From positions 1 through 63,405 of the forward strand of contig CAYTOQ010000001.1 of assembly GCA_964439445.1 (NCBI GenBank): a stretch of 63,405 bases of DNA, written 5' to 3'. Below are positions 1 through 9,142 of the stretch, one piece after another. Both the position numbers and the translations under genes were made by a program. The stretch comes from an uncultured Clostridium sp. (lineage in GTDB: Bacteria; Bacillota; Clostridia; Lachnospirales; Lachnospiraceae). Positions within the stretch are counted from its first letter, which is position 1. The number at the start of each line of letters is the position of its first letter. The notes under the pieces were generated by a model. It saw only the letters and a program-made list of their open reading frames with translations, had not been told where the DNA came from and searched no databases.

Positions 1-1
1 T

Positions 2-700
2 AGAAGTATGAATCAAGATACCATCTTCTTTTCGGATAAAAGTGTTGGAAACCTTCCGAATCTATATATTGTTGCAGATGGAATGGGAGGACATCAGGCA
101 GGTGATTATGCTTCGGCACATGCAGTATTGTGGTTTGTAGAGTATGTAAAACAATGTCAATATGTCAATCCGATTACTATATTAAAAACCGGAATTGCCA
201 AAGTAAATGATATGCTTTTAGAAAAGTCAGACAAACATAAAGAACTAAAAGGCATGGGAACAACATTTGTAACGGCGGTAATTTTAAATGACAAAATGTA
301 TGTCGCCAATATTGGAGACAGTCGATTGTATGTTATGGGTGAAGAAGCGAAACAGATTACATTAGATCATTCGTTGGTAGAAGAATTGATACGAACAGGG
401 CAGCTAGATCGACGAAGGGTTCGTTTTCATCCGGAAAGGAATATTATAACGAGGGCGCTAGGGACTAGTAGAGAAGCAGTACCTGACTTTTTTGAAATTG
501 AATTGCAGGATAATGAAAAAGTATTGCTATGTACAGATGGTTTAACCAATATGATAGAAGACGACGAAATTCGGGACATAGTAATGCAAAAGCAATTTAT
601 TGATAAGATATGTGACCAACTAATTGAACGTGCCAATTACTACGGTGGGAAAGATAATATCGGTGTGGTAGTGGTAGAGCAAGTTTTGAATGAGGTGTAG
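2..700 (+). CDS. prpC: PP2C-family Ser/Thr protein phosphatase (Stp/PrpC), 5' end cut by the window edge
   Basis: Motifs LYIVADGMGGHQAGDYAS, GMGTTFV and LLCTDGL..., and a C-terminal GGKDNIGVVVV, are typical of PP2C. The N-terminal RxxNED motif is missing and the frame is open to the window start. It sits directly upstream of a PASTA kinase. Confidence 0.85.
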   Translation, partial: RSMNQDTIFFSDKSVGNLPNLYIVADGMGGHQAGDYASAHAVLWFVEYVKQCQYVNPITILKTGIAKVNDMLLEKSDKHKELKGMGTTFVTAVILNDKMYVANIGDSRLYVMGEEAKQITLDHSLVEELIRTGQLDRRRVRFHPERNIITRALGTSREAVPDFFEIELQDNEKVLLCTDGLTNMIEDDEIRDIVMQKQFIDKICDQLIERANYYGGKDNIGVVVVEQVLNEV

Positions 701-704
701 GAAT

Positions 705-2861
705 ATGTTTGAACAGGGAATGATAATTCAGAATAGATATGAAATAATAGAAGAAGTCGGTTCGGGTGGAATGTCCGTAGTATACAAGGCGAAATGTCAT
801 GTGTTGAATCGCTTTGTAGCAATTAAGGTGTTGAAATTAGAGTTTAGTGATGACAAGAGCTTTGTGAATAAGTTTCGCATAGAAGCACAGTCTGCCGCTG
901 GTTTGTCTCATCCTAACATTGTAAATGTGTTTGATGTTGGAGAAGAGAATGGTTATCACTATATTGTCATGGAGTTAGTGGAAGGTATTACACTTAAGGA
1001 GTATATTCAGCAAAATGGCAGATTACCTTATGCGACTGCACTGGATTTTATCACGCAGATTTGTGCAGGTATTGAGGTGGCACATGAGAATAATACAATT
1101 CACAGGGATATTAAGCCGCAAAATATTATTGTATCCAGAAATGGAACGCTTAAGGTTACAGATTTTGGTATTGCGAAGGCTGCAACATCCAATACAATTG
1201 CATCTAGCGCAATGGGTAGTGTTCATTACATATCTCCAGAGCAGGCAAGAGGAGGTTATTCTGATGAACGTTCTGACATTTATTCCTTAGGTATTACCTT
1301 GTATGAAATGTTAACTGGTCGTGTTCCGTTTGAGGGTGAGAATAATGTTACAGTGGCATTGATGCATATTCAAAGTGAGATGATACCTCCAAGGGAGTAT
1401 TACCCAGATATTCCTGTGGGAATTGAACGAATTGTCATGAAGGCTACACAAAAGAAGCCGGAGAGACGATATTTGACAACGAATGCTCTGATGGCAGATT
1501 TGCATCGCATTGCTATGGATCCAAATGCAGAGGTTGGCGTGATTGGAACAATGATGTCAAGCAGTGCACCTACAATTCAGATATCAGAGGATGAGATGGC
1601 AGTTATTAAGGCATCCTCTATGGCGCAAGCAGAGGGCATTTCGATGTTTCCGGTTAATAATCGTTCTAATGTGGAATTGGATGAAGCAAATGCAGCATTA
1701 GAAAGCTTGTATAATGACGATGAAGCAGAAACAGAATATGATGAAATAATAGATGATGATCCGTTAGAGGATGAAAGCGGAAGAAGTAGTGAATTGGATC
1801 CTAAAATGGAGAAGTTTATTACGATTGGAGCAATTGCAGCAACTGTAATTATCGCAATTATAATTATTGTGGCAATTTCTTCTATATTTGGTTCATCTGG
1901 TAAGAAAAAGGCAACAACACAAGCAACTACAACAGAAGCACATGAACTTTTGATGATAGACGTTACTGGTCTGACAGAAGAAAGAGCGCTAGAAATGCTA
2001 GAGGAAGCCAATATTCCTTATACTATTGAAAGAGAGTATTCCTCGACATTTGAAGCTGGCGTTGTTATGAGTCAGAGTATTTTAGAGGGTGAAAAGCTCA
2101 ACGAAGGGGATCGTGTAAAGCTTGTTATCAGTAAGGGAATTGATGCAGTGACGGTGCCGGATGTTACTGGAAAAAAATTAGATGAAGCAAAACAAACCTT
2201 GTTAAATGCTGGCTTCTTGGTAGAAGAGGACGAAGATTATAGTGAGGATGTTGAAGAGGGCTATATTATTAGCCAGACACCAAATGGAAACACAGAAGCA
2301 GAGAAGGGCTCGACGATTACAATAGTTGTAAGTAAGGGCGAAGAGGTAAAGGTTGCTAAGGTTCCAAACCTTAAGAAAATGACAGTGACACAAGCGGAGC
2401 AAGCGCTTTCTGAGGTTAATTTGAAGCTTGGTAATGTTACACAGGAATATAGTGATGATATTGAAGAAGGAAAAGTAATTCGTCAGAGTGTGGAACCGGA
2501 TTATGAGGTGAAGGAAGGTTCGGAGGTAGATATCACAATAAGTAAGGGTAAAAAACCGACTACCAAGACCTACACAGCTTCTTTCTCTGGAACGATTAAT
2601 AATGCAACTTATGCATTCCAGCCAGACGAACAGGTATATGTAACTTTGACATTGAAGGTTGGAGAAGCATCCTATACCTTGATTGAGAATTATTATGATG
2701 CAACATCCTTCCCAATTGACCTTTCTAATATCAGTAATATTGAAGGGTTAACCAGTAAGGAAGCTACTCTTGTATACAAAATAACGGATATGACCGGTAC
2801 GGACATTACGGGACATTTCACATCTTCTGGACAAGCGAAGTTAAAGGCAGTGGAGCAATAA
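705..2861 (+). CDS. prkC: Ser/Thr protein kinase with a TM segment and three extracellular PASTA repeats (PrkC/PknB type)
   Basis: Hanks kinase motifs are present: GSGGMSVVYKA, HRDIKPQNI, DFGIA, SPEQ. A TM helix (ITIGAIAATVIIAIIIIVAI) is followed by three PASTA-like repeats (VTGLTEE.., VPDVTGKKLDEAK.., VPNLKKMTVTQAE..). The ATG at 705 has a GAGGTG SD; the track start at 690 overlaps the prpC stop. Confidence 0.9.
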   Translation: MFEQGMIIQNRYEIIEEVGSGGMSVVYKAKCHVLNRFVAIKVLKLEFSDDKSFVNKFRIEAQSAAGLSHPNIVNVFDVGEENGYHYIVMELVEGITLKEYIQQNGRLPYATALDFITQICAGIEVAHENNTIHRDIKPQNIIVSRNGTLKVTDFGIAKAATSNTIASSAMGSVHYISPEQARGGYSDERSDIYSLGITLYEMLTGRVPFEGENNVTVALMHIQSEMIPPREYYPDIPVGIERIVMKATQKKPERRYLTTNALMADLHRIAMDPNAEVGVIGTMMSSSAPTIQISEDEMAVIKASSMAQAEGISMFPVNNRSNVELDEANAALESLYNDDEAETEYDEIIDDDPLEDESGRSSELDPKMEKFITIGAIAATVIIAIIIIVAISSIFGSSGKKKATTQATTTEAHELLMIDVTGLTEERALEMLEEANIPYTIEREYSSTFEAGVVMSQSILEGEKLNEGDRVKLVISKGIDAVTVPDVTGKKLDEAKQTLLNAGFLVEEDEDYSEDVEEGYIISQTPNGNTEAEKGSTITIVVSKGEEVKVAKVPNLKKMTVTQAEQALSEVNLKLGNVTQEYSDDIEEGKVIRQSVEPDYEVKEGSEVDITISKGKKPTTKTYTASFSGTINNATYAFQPDEQVYVTLTLKVGEASYTLIENYYDATSFPIDLSNISNIEGLTSKEATLVYKITDMTGTDITGHFTSSGQAKLKAVEQ

Positions 2862-3740
2862 ATGCAGGGAAAGATTATTAAAGGAATCGCAGGCTTTTAT
2901 TATATATATGCCAATGAAAGCGTGTATGAGTGTAAGGCAAAGGGAATATTTCGAAATCAGAAGGTGAAACCACTAGTCGGTGATGATGTGGAAATTTCCG
3001 TAATGGATGAAGAGAATAAGATAGGAAATATTGATAAGATTCTTCCGAGACGTTCTGAATTAATTCGTCCGGCTGTTGCCAATGTGGACCAAACATTGGT
3101 GGTATTTGCAGCCGCATCACCGGAACCAAACTGGAATTTGTTAGATCGTTTTCTTTTAATGATGGAAAAGCAACAGGTTCCTGTGGTGATATGTTTTAAC
3201 AAGATTGATTTGATTGATGATAGCAGATTTCAGGAATTCAAAAAGATATATGCAAAGAGTGGATATTCAGTTATCAGTGCAAGTACCTATAAGGAACATG
3301 GAATGGATGTGATTTTTAAAGTGTTAGAGGGAAAGACAACTGCACTTGCGGGTCCGTCCGGCGTTGGAAAATCATCGATTATGAATATGTTAAATCCTGA
3401 GGCAAATATGGATACTGGTGTGATAAGCAAAAAGATCGAAAGAGGAAAGCATACCACAAGACATTCGGAGATTATTCCGGTTGGGAAGGACACATATTTA
3501 GTAGATACACCGGGATTTAGTTCGATTTATTTCTATGATATGGAGCCTGACGAATTAAAAAATTATTATAAAGAGTTTGAGGAATACGAACCCTATTGTA
3601 AATTCGGTGGTTGCAATCATATTGGAGAGAGTGTGTGTGGTATTAAGCAGGCTGTAGAGGATGGAGAGATTTCATCTTCTAGATATGAAAATTACTGTTT
3701 GTTTTTTGAAGAGCTAAAGGACAAGCGTCGCTATAATTAA
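2862..3740 (+). CDS. rsgA: Ribosome small-subunit-dependent GTPase A
   Basis: It has the circularly permuted GTPase order (NKIDL before GPSGVGKSS) and a C-terminal Zn-knuckle-like CKFGGCNHIGESVCG. The position after prkC matches the Bacillus cpgA locus. Confidence 0.9.
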   Translation: MQGKIIKGIAGFYYIYANESVYECKAKGIFRNQKVKPLVGDDVEISVMDEENKIGNIDKILPRRSELIRPAVANVDQTLVVFAAASPEPNWNLLDRFLLMMEKQQVPVVICFNKIDLIDDSRFQEFKKIYAKSGYSVISASTYKEHGMDVIFKVLEGKTTALAGPSGVGKSSIMNMLNPEANMDTGVISKKIERGKHTTRHSEIIPVGKDTYLVDTPGFSSIYFYDMEPDELKNYYKEFEEYEPYCKFGGCNHIGESVCGIKQAVEDGEISSSRYENYCLFFEELKDKRRYN

Positions 3741-3750
3741 GGAGATTGTT

Positions 3751-4404
3751 ATGAATTATTTGGCACCATCTGTGTTATCAGCAGATTTTTCGATTTTAGG
3801 AAATGATATTGCAACAGTAGCTGCGGCAGGGGCACCCATTATTCATCTTGATGTGATGGATGGGAAGTTTGTACCGAATATATCCTTCGGTGCGCCAGTT
3901 ATTTCTTCTGTACGTAAGGTTACAAATGCAATTTTTGATGTGCATTTAATGATTGAAGAGCCAATTCGATATGTGGAGGATTTCTATAAGGCAGGAGCAG
4001 ATATTATTACTGTTCACTATGAGGCGTGTGAGGATGTGACAGCAACGCTTACTAAGATTAAGGAATACGGTTTGAAGGTTGGTCTTTCTATTAGTCCGGA
4101 TACTCCTGCTGAAGTGGTTCGCCCTTATATTGAACAGGTGGATATGATTTTGATTATGAGTGTATATCCAGGCTTTGGTGGTCAGAAATTTATTGAAGCG
4201 AGTCTCGATAAAGTAAGAATGGTTAAAGCTATGGCTTCTGAACTTAATGTGGAAGATTTGTGGATTGAGGTAGATGGAGGAATCGGAGCAGATAATATTG
4301 CTACGGTAATGGAAGCCGGTGCCAATGTATTTGTGGCTGGCTCAGCAGTTTTTAAGGGAGATATTGTAGCGAACGTAAAAGCACTAAATGCTAAGATTTT
4401 GTAA
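3751..4404 (+). CDS. rpe: Ribulose-phosphate 3-epimerase
   Basis: Motifs APSVLSADF, HLDVMDGKFVPNISFG, HLM and PGFGGQKFI are typical of the Rpe family. Confidence 0.9.
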   Translation: MNYLAPSVLSADFSILGNDIATVAAAGAPIIHLDVMDGKFVPNISFGAPVISSVRKVTNAIFDVHLMIEEPIRYVEDFYKAGADIITVHYEACEDVTATLTKIKEYGLKVGLSISPDTPAEVVRPYIEQVDMILIMSVYPGFGGQKFIEASLDKVRMVKAMASELNVEDLWIEVDGGIGADNIATVMEAGANVFVAGSAVFKGDIVANVKALNAKIL

Positions 4405-4444
4405 TATTGACTGCGAATGGAGTAGTATCCGAGAGGAATAAATA

Positions 4445-5146
4445 TTGAATGATGAGAGGTTTCATAGAATGGAGCATGTTTTAATTGTAACAGGTGGTCA
4501 TTTGAATATGGAATTTGCAGCAGATTATCTAAAGACCTTATCTTATGATAAGGTCTTTGCTGTTGATAAGGGATTAGAGTATGTAGATACGCTCGGATGT
4601 GTGCCGGATTACCTTGTTGGTGACTTTGATACGGTGGAATATAAGCTTTTGTCTCAATATGAAGAACGAATGGCTAAAAATGACATTGCCACAGTGATAG
4701 AGAGACACCCAGTAATGAAGGATGCTTCCGATACAGAGTTGGCATTAGAGGTAGCAATTACAAATGGTGCTCAAAAGGTTACATTACTCGGTGGAACAGG
4801 GAATCGTCTGGATCATGTGTTTGCAAATATTGGTTTGCTATTACAGGCACAACAACGAGGTGTTGATTTATGTATAGTGGATGATACGAATCGGATTCGT
4901 TTACTATCAAATGAAGGTAGCACGGAATTCATACTGCGACGTGATAGACAACATGGAACCTACATTTCATTAATCCCTTTGACGCAACAGGTAGAAGGAG
5001 TGACGATTCAAGGTGTTATGTATCCGTTGTTGGAACAAACGATTTATATGGGAAGTAGTTTAACTGTGAGTAATCAGATAGTGGATGAAAAGATGTTTGT
5101 AAAACTGAAAAAAGGAAAGATGTTATTGATTGAAAGCAAAGATTGA
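4445..5146 (+). CDS. thiN: Thiamine diphosphokinase
   Basis: GDFDT, KDASDTELAL and GGTGNRLDH are TPK catalytic motifs. The prkC-rsgA-rpe-thiN order is conserved. The start is uncertain: TTG at 4445 or ATG at 4469. Confidence 0.8.
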   Translation: MNDERFHRMEHVLIVTGGHLNMEFAADYLKTLSYDKVFAVDKGLEYVDTLGCVPDYLVGDFDTVEYKLLSQYEERMAKNDIATVIERHPVMKDASDTELALEVAITNGAQKVTLLGGTGNRLDHVFANIGLLLQAQQRGVDLCIVDDTNRIRLLSNEGSTEFILRRDRQHGTYISLIPLTQQVEGVTIQGVMYPLLEQTIYMGSSLTVSNQIVDEKMFVKLKKGKMLLIESKD

Positions 5147-5259
5147 TATTGCCCTTATGTTAGATGAAGAATTTGTAAGAAATAAGGCTTTGCTATAGCT
5201 TTTTTTTGTATTATATGGTAAAATACCAAGCGAATTTTGTTTTTTGGAGGAGAGAAAAA

Positions 5260-6810
5260 ATGAGTGGTTCTATAGTATGGATTATGTTGGCATTTGCTGC
5301 GTACATGATATTTATGATTGTAATCGGCGCAAAATATGCGGGCTCAACAAAAACTTCTGAGGATTTTTTTCTTGGTGGAAGAAATTTGAATGGATGGGTA
5401 GCTGCTTTATCGGCACAGGCATCTGATATGAGTGGCTGGTTGTTAATGGGTCTTCCTGGAAGTGTATATGCTTTTGGTATGGGACAGGCGTGGATTGCAA
5501 TTGGTTTGTTTATTGGTACGGTATGCAATTGGTTGTTTGTTTCGTCAAGACTTAGAAGATATACGATTCGTGCAAATAATTCATTAACTTTACCGGCATA
5601 TTTGGAAAATCGCTTTCACGATAAGAAGAGAGTGCTTTTATTAGCTTCTTCTGTGGTAATTGTTATTTTCTTTTTGGTTTATACAGCATCTTCTTTGACC
5701 GCAGGTGGTAAATTGTTTGCGGCTGTATTTGGAATGGACTATACCGTGGCACTAACGATTGGCGTTGCAGTCATATTGATTTATACCTTTCTGGGTGGAT
5801 TTATGGCAGTGTGTGTGACAGATTTTGTTCAGGGCATGTTGATGTTAGTTGGTGTGTTAGTAGTACCGATTGTGGCATATGTTATAGTGGGACCGGAGAA
5901 TCTTGTTGGGATTATAGGTGATTCAGGTGTCGCAGGAGGTGCAAGTTCCTTCCTGAATATTATGGAGGATTCGGGTTCTAAGGTATCGTTAGTATATGTG
6001 ATTTCACAGCTAGCTTGGGGCTTGGGATATTGTGGTATGCCACATATTTTAGTGCGTTTTATGGCAGTTTCTAGTGAAAAAGAGCTTAAAAAATCTAAGG
6101 TTATTGCAATTATATGGGTTGCACTTTCTTTGAGCTTTGCTGTTATTATTGGTATTGTCGGACGCGCTTTCCTTTATCCAACCGTTTTAGGTGTGACCAA
6201 TGATGTGTCGGCAGAAAATGTATTTATTGAATTGATTACAAAATTATTCGTGGATGATCTTTCTTTGCCTTTTGTTGGGGGATTGTTTCTTTGTGGAGTG
6301 CTTGCTGCCATTATGTCTACAGCAGATTCGCAGCTTTTGGTTACGGCTTCCGCAGTAGCAGAAGATTTGTTTAAGGGAATTTTCAAAAAAGATGCAACAG
6401 AAAAGACTGTATTGAATGTAAGTCGTGCGACAGTGGTTGTTATTGCGATTCTTGCATACCTCATTTCCTTGAATCCGAATAGTTCAGTTATGGGATTGGT
6501 TTCGAATGCGTGGGCTGGATTTGGTGCTGCGTTTGGCCCCATTGTTATTCTTTCTCTTTATTGGAAGAGAGTAAACTTATCAGGTGCACTTGCCGGTATT
6601 ATTTCTGGTGCAGCAACTGTAATTATATGGGATTATATTCCTATTTTTGAGGGTGGAGTAACGCTAGGAGATAAGACAGGTTTGTATTCTTTAGCAATTG
6701 GTTTTATTCTTAGCTTGGTTTTGATTGTTATCGTATCACTTGTTACGAAGAAGCCTTCTGATGAAATAGTACAAGAGTTTGAAGATATGAAAAAGATGTA
6801 TATGGAGTAA
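5260..6810 (+). CDS. putP: Sodium:solute symporter family protein, PutP-like sodium/proline symporter
   Basis: It has about 13 TM segments. The N-terminal FFLGGRNLNGWVAALSAQASDMSGWLLMGLPG is typical of PutP/SSS. The ATG at 5260 is preceded by GGAGGAG. Confidence 0.8.
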   Translation: MSGSIVWIMLAFAAYMIFMIVIGAKYAGSTKTSEDFFLGGRNLNGWVAALSAQASDMSGWLLMGLPGSVYAFGMGQAWIAIGLFIGTVCNWLFVSSRLRRYTIRANNSLTLPAYLENRFHDKKRVLLLASSVVIVIFFLVYTASSLTAGGKLFAAVFGMDYTVALTIGVAVILIYTFLGGFMAVCVTDFVQGMLMLVGVLVVPIVAYVIVGPENLVGIIGDSGVAGGASSFLNIMEDSGSKVSLVYVISQLAWGLGYCGMPHILVRFMAVSSEKELKKSKVIAIIWVALSLSFAVIIGIVGRAFLYPTVLGVTNDVSAENVFIELITKLFVDDLSLPFVGGLFLCGVLAAIMSTADSQLLVTASAVAEDLFKGIFKKDATEKTVLNVSRATVVVIAILAYLISLNPNSSVMGLVSNAWAGFGAAFGPIVILSLYWKRVNLSGALAGIISGAATVIIWDYIPIFEGGVTLGDKTGLYSLAIGFILSLVLIVIVSLVTKKPSDEIVQEFEDMKKMYME

Positions 6811-6822
6811 ATGTTAGTAAAA

Positions 6823-6853
6823 AAAGAGCCCTCTATGTATGGGCTCTTTCTTT
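6823..6853 (+). terminator. Rho-independent terminator after putP
   Basis: AAAGAGCCC - 9 nt loop - GGGCTCTTT, followed by a T-rich tract. Confidence 0.7.
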
Positions 6854-7027
6854 ATAAGTATAGGGAGAATTAATGAAAAAATATGAAAAAGTTTCTATAT
6901 ACATAATATAAAATATAAATATGAACAAATTATGACATTAAAAAAAACAATTTGAAAACAATCCATTTTGAGTTTTGTACAATATTACGCTGCAAAAAGC
7001 AAGAGAAATGGTATGTAGAGAGGGTAT

Positions 7028-7480
7028 ATGCGCTATAGAATTTTATGTATTGGAAAAATTAAAGATTCATTTTATCGTGACGAAATTGCGGATATATGCG
7101 AAAAAATTAGAAAAAAGGGTCAGTCTTTGGAAATTATCGAATATCCAGATGAAAAAATCCCGGATAAATTAAAAGAAAAAAATAAAGAGATATTGATAGA
7201 AAAAGAATGTAGTCGTATTATTGAAAAGATTACGAATAAGGATTATGTGATTGCGTTGTGTATTGAGGGAAAAGAAATTAGTACGAACAAACATAAAGGT
7301 TATGTAATGCATGCGATAGAAGATGGGTATGATAGTATCACTTATATCATTGGTGGTTCGTTGGGATTGCCGGAGAGACTCAAACAGAGTGCTAATCTTA
7401 GATTAAGCTTTTCAAAAATGACTTTTCCGCACCAGATGATGCGGATGGTGTTGTGTGAGGAGATTTTGCATATTATATGA
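7028..7480 (+). CDS. rlmH: 23S rRNA (pseudouridine1915-N3)-methyltransferase RlmH, lacking the conserved C-terminal tail
   Basis: SPOUT/RlmH motifs are present: ILCIGKIK, IIGGSLGL, LSFSKMTFPHQMMR. The protein ends ...CEEILHII, without the family-typical YR...PYH[KR] C-terminus. Confidence 0.85.
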   Translation: MRYRILCIGKIKDSFYRDEIADICEKIRKKGQSLEIIEYPDEKIPDKLKEKNKEILIEKECSRIIEKITNKDYVIALCIEGKEISTNKHKGYVMHAIEDGYDSITYIIGGSLGLPERLKQSANLRLSFSKMTFPHQMMRMVLCEEILHII

Positions 7481-7499
7481 TTTATGTGGTGGAGCTGGA

Positions 7500-7937
7500 T
7501 TATTTATGATAGGTCTTTCCCTGTAAGATAGTATATCCACGATATAACTGCTCAAAAAAAAGCAGTGTTTTGGTTTCTGCAGAAAGTGCAGAATTTGTCA
7601 GGGATATATATGTCGGTATATTATAATTTGTAATGTGAGCGACAAAGGAATAGAAAGCATCTTTGCTATAACCGATAAGAATATGTATGTTGGATACACC
7701 ACTATTTTGCAGTGTTTTAATATATTCAGAAAACTCTTCCGAACTATGGGTGGATGGAGTAGATTGCACATATACAAAATGATTGTTATTTGGATTCCGG
7801 TCTTTTGGGAAAGAAAGAGAAGTTGTCGGATACAGTGTAGTTTCACAGTAAGCGGATAATCTCTTTTGAAATTCCTCTATTGCTAGCAAATGGTTTTTTG
7901 AAATATTTTTTTGGTTGCAATAAATGTAATAATGCAT
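7500..7937 (-). CDS. Degenerate RlmH-like (SPOUT) paralogue that retains the RlmH C-terminal tail
   Basis: It is 145 aa, the size of RlmH. The C-terminal FEQLYRGYTILQGKTYHK matches the RlmH C-terminus, but the knot motifs are degenerate (LIGYSKDAF, ISLTNSALSAE). The ATG at 7937 has a GGAGAAGGA SD. The longer track ORF, running to 7988, would overlap the tRNA. Confidence 0.6.
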   Translation of the reverse strand: MHYYIYCNQKNISKNHLLAIEEFQKRLSAYCETTLYPTTSLSFPKDRNPNNNHFVYVQSTPSTHSSEEFSEYIKTLQNSGVSNIHILIGYSKDAFYSFVAHITNYNIPTYISLTNSALSAETKTLLFFEQLYRGYTILQGKTYHK

Positions 7938-7959
7938 AGTCCTTCTCCTAAAAAAATAA

Positions 7960-8031
7960 TGCACCAGAGAAGAGTCGAACTTCCTCACATGGCTCCGGAG
8001 GCCATTGCTCTATCCGTTGAGCTACTGGTGC
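7960..8031 (-). tRNA. tRNA-Arg (anticodon CCG)
   Basis: The reverse complement folds as a 72-nt cloverleaf. Acceptor stem is GCACCAG/CTGGTGC. D arm is GCTC-AACGGATA-GAGC. Anticodon arm is ATGGC-CTCCGGA-GCCAT (U33, CCG, G37). T arm is GGAAG-TTCGACT-CTTCT. Discriminator is A and no CCA is encoded. Confidence 0.9.
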
Positions 8032-8044
8032 AAGTGCAAAGACT

Positions 8045-8073
8045 ATAATACTACAAATCATGCAAAATGGCAA
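8045..8073 (-). promoter_or_regulatory. Sigma-A-type promoter for tRNA-Arg (and possibly the rlmH-like gene)
   Basis: On the minus strand: TTGCCA, a 17-nt spacer, then TATTAT, ending 13 nt before the mature tRNA 5' end. Confidence 0.5.
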
Positions 8074-8178
8074 ACGAATGTTGCATTTTGATAGTCCATT
8101 TGTTAGAATAATAAGGTGTGACACAAAAAAAGAAACGAATTAACTGATATAATATAATAGATTTTTTGGAGATGAACA

Positions 8179-9069
8179 ATGAAAAAGAATATATTTGATA
8201 AAATGTCGGATTCCTATGATAATTTTCATTTGAAGGATTCAGAGTTGAAGCTCGGAAAAGGAACACTTACTGTCCGTCCAGGCTTAAAGTTGGCATTGGG
8301 ATGGAGTATATTTGTATTGTGTTGTGTGTTTGGCTTTATCGGGCTTGGAGGAACTTCCTTGTTAGGCGGGAAGGAAATTTCACAGGAAGATAAAGAAGCA
8401 GTTTTAGAGGAAGAAATTGCTCTCGATGAAGAACATGATACAATTGTTCCTTATGAAAAGAATGCAGATGAGGAGTTGAATAAGTTTATTGAAGATTATT
8501 ATACTGCAATTACAGAATGTGATTATGTAGCATTGCAGGATATGGTAACAGAACCTTCGGAATATAGAAATGCGGATATGTTAAAGAAAAAGGCAGAATT
8601 TATTTTGTCTTATGATGATATAACGGTATATACAAAGGCTGGCTTAGACGAAGGGAGTTATATTGCATTTGTGGTTGCCAAGCTTTCTATTGCAGGTGTG
8701 AACTCAGCACCGTATGATATTAGTACATTGTATATTGTAAATGGTGCAAGAGGATATCTGATTAACAACGGAAGTCTTTCGTTAGATGCACAGGAATATA
8801 TTGAGAAAGTTAAGGGCGATAAGGATATCCAAAAGATATATCGTTGTGTAGAACAAGAAAATGAGGAGCTGAAGGAAAAGGATAGCTCCTTGCAACAGTT
8901 TTTTGAAATTATCAGTCGGAGAGATGTTGAAGTAGATTCTGCAGCGGATGTTTTATCGACGGAGAATGAACAGCAGGCATCAGGTGAGGCAACTGAGGCA
9001 ACAACGCAGACGACAGAGACGCCAGCGGAGGCACCTGCTGCCGAAACGGCTACCCAGCCAACGGAATAA
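8179..9069 (+). CDS. Hypothetical single-pass membrane protein with an acidic/Thr-Ala-rich C-terminus
   Basis: The ATG has an upstream GGAGATG SD-like sequence. There is one TM helix (LALGWSIFVLCCVFGFIGLGG). I recognise no family motif. It is followed by a strong terminator. Confidence 0.6.
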   Translation: MKKNIFDKMSDSYDNFHLKDSELKLGKGTLTVRPGLKLALGWSIFVLCCVFGFIGLGGTSLLGGKEISQEDKEAVLEEEIALDEEHDTIVPYEKNADEELNKFIEDYYTAITECDYVALQDMVTEPSEYRNADMLKKKAEFILSYDDITVYTKAGLDEGSYIAFVVAKLSIAGVNSAPYDISTLYIVNGARGYLINNGSLSLDAQEYIEKVKGDKDIQKIYRCVEQENEELKEKDSSLQQFFEIISRRDVEVDSAADVLSTENEQQASGEATEATTQTTETPAEAPAAETATQPTE

Positions 9070-9075
9070 CCAATA

Positions 9076-9107
9076 AAAAGGATGTTTCAATTACGAAACA
9101 TCCTTTT
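9076..9107. terminator. Bidirectional rho-independent terminator between convergent genes
   Basis: AAAAGGATGTTTC - 6 nt loop - GAAACATCCTTTT. An A-tract lies upstream and a T-tract downstream. Confidence 0.75.
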
Positions 9108-9142
9108 ATGATTCCACACTCTAAAGTGTGAGATTTCATATT

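Noticed and set aside
1577-2011. 144-aa antisense ORF inside prkC
   Set aside because: It lies entirely within a well-supported kinase gene. The translation is low-complexity and Ser/Ile-rich, mirroring the acidic and TM region of PrkC. It is most likely a shadow ORF.
6975-7172. 65-aa + strand ORF overlapping the rlmH start
   Set aside because: It is an alternative frame. The rlmH frame gives a clear SPOUT family N-terminus (RILCIGKIK).
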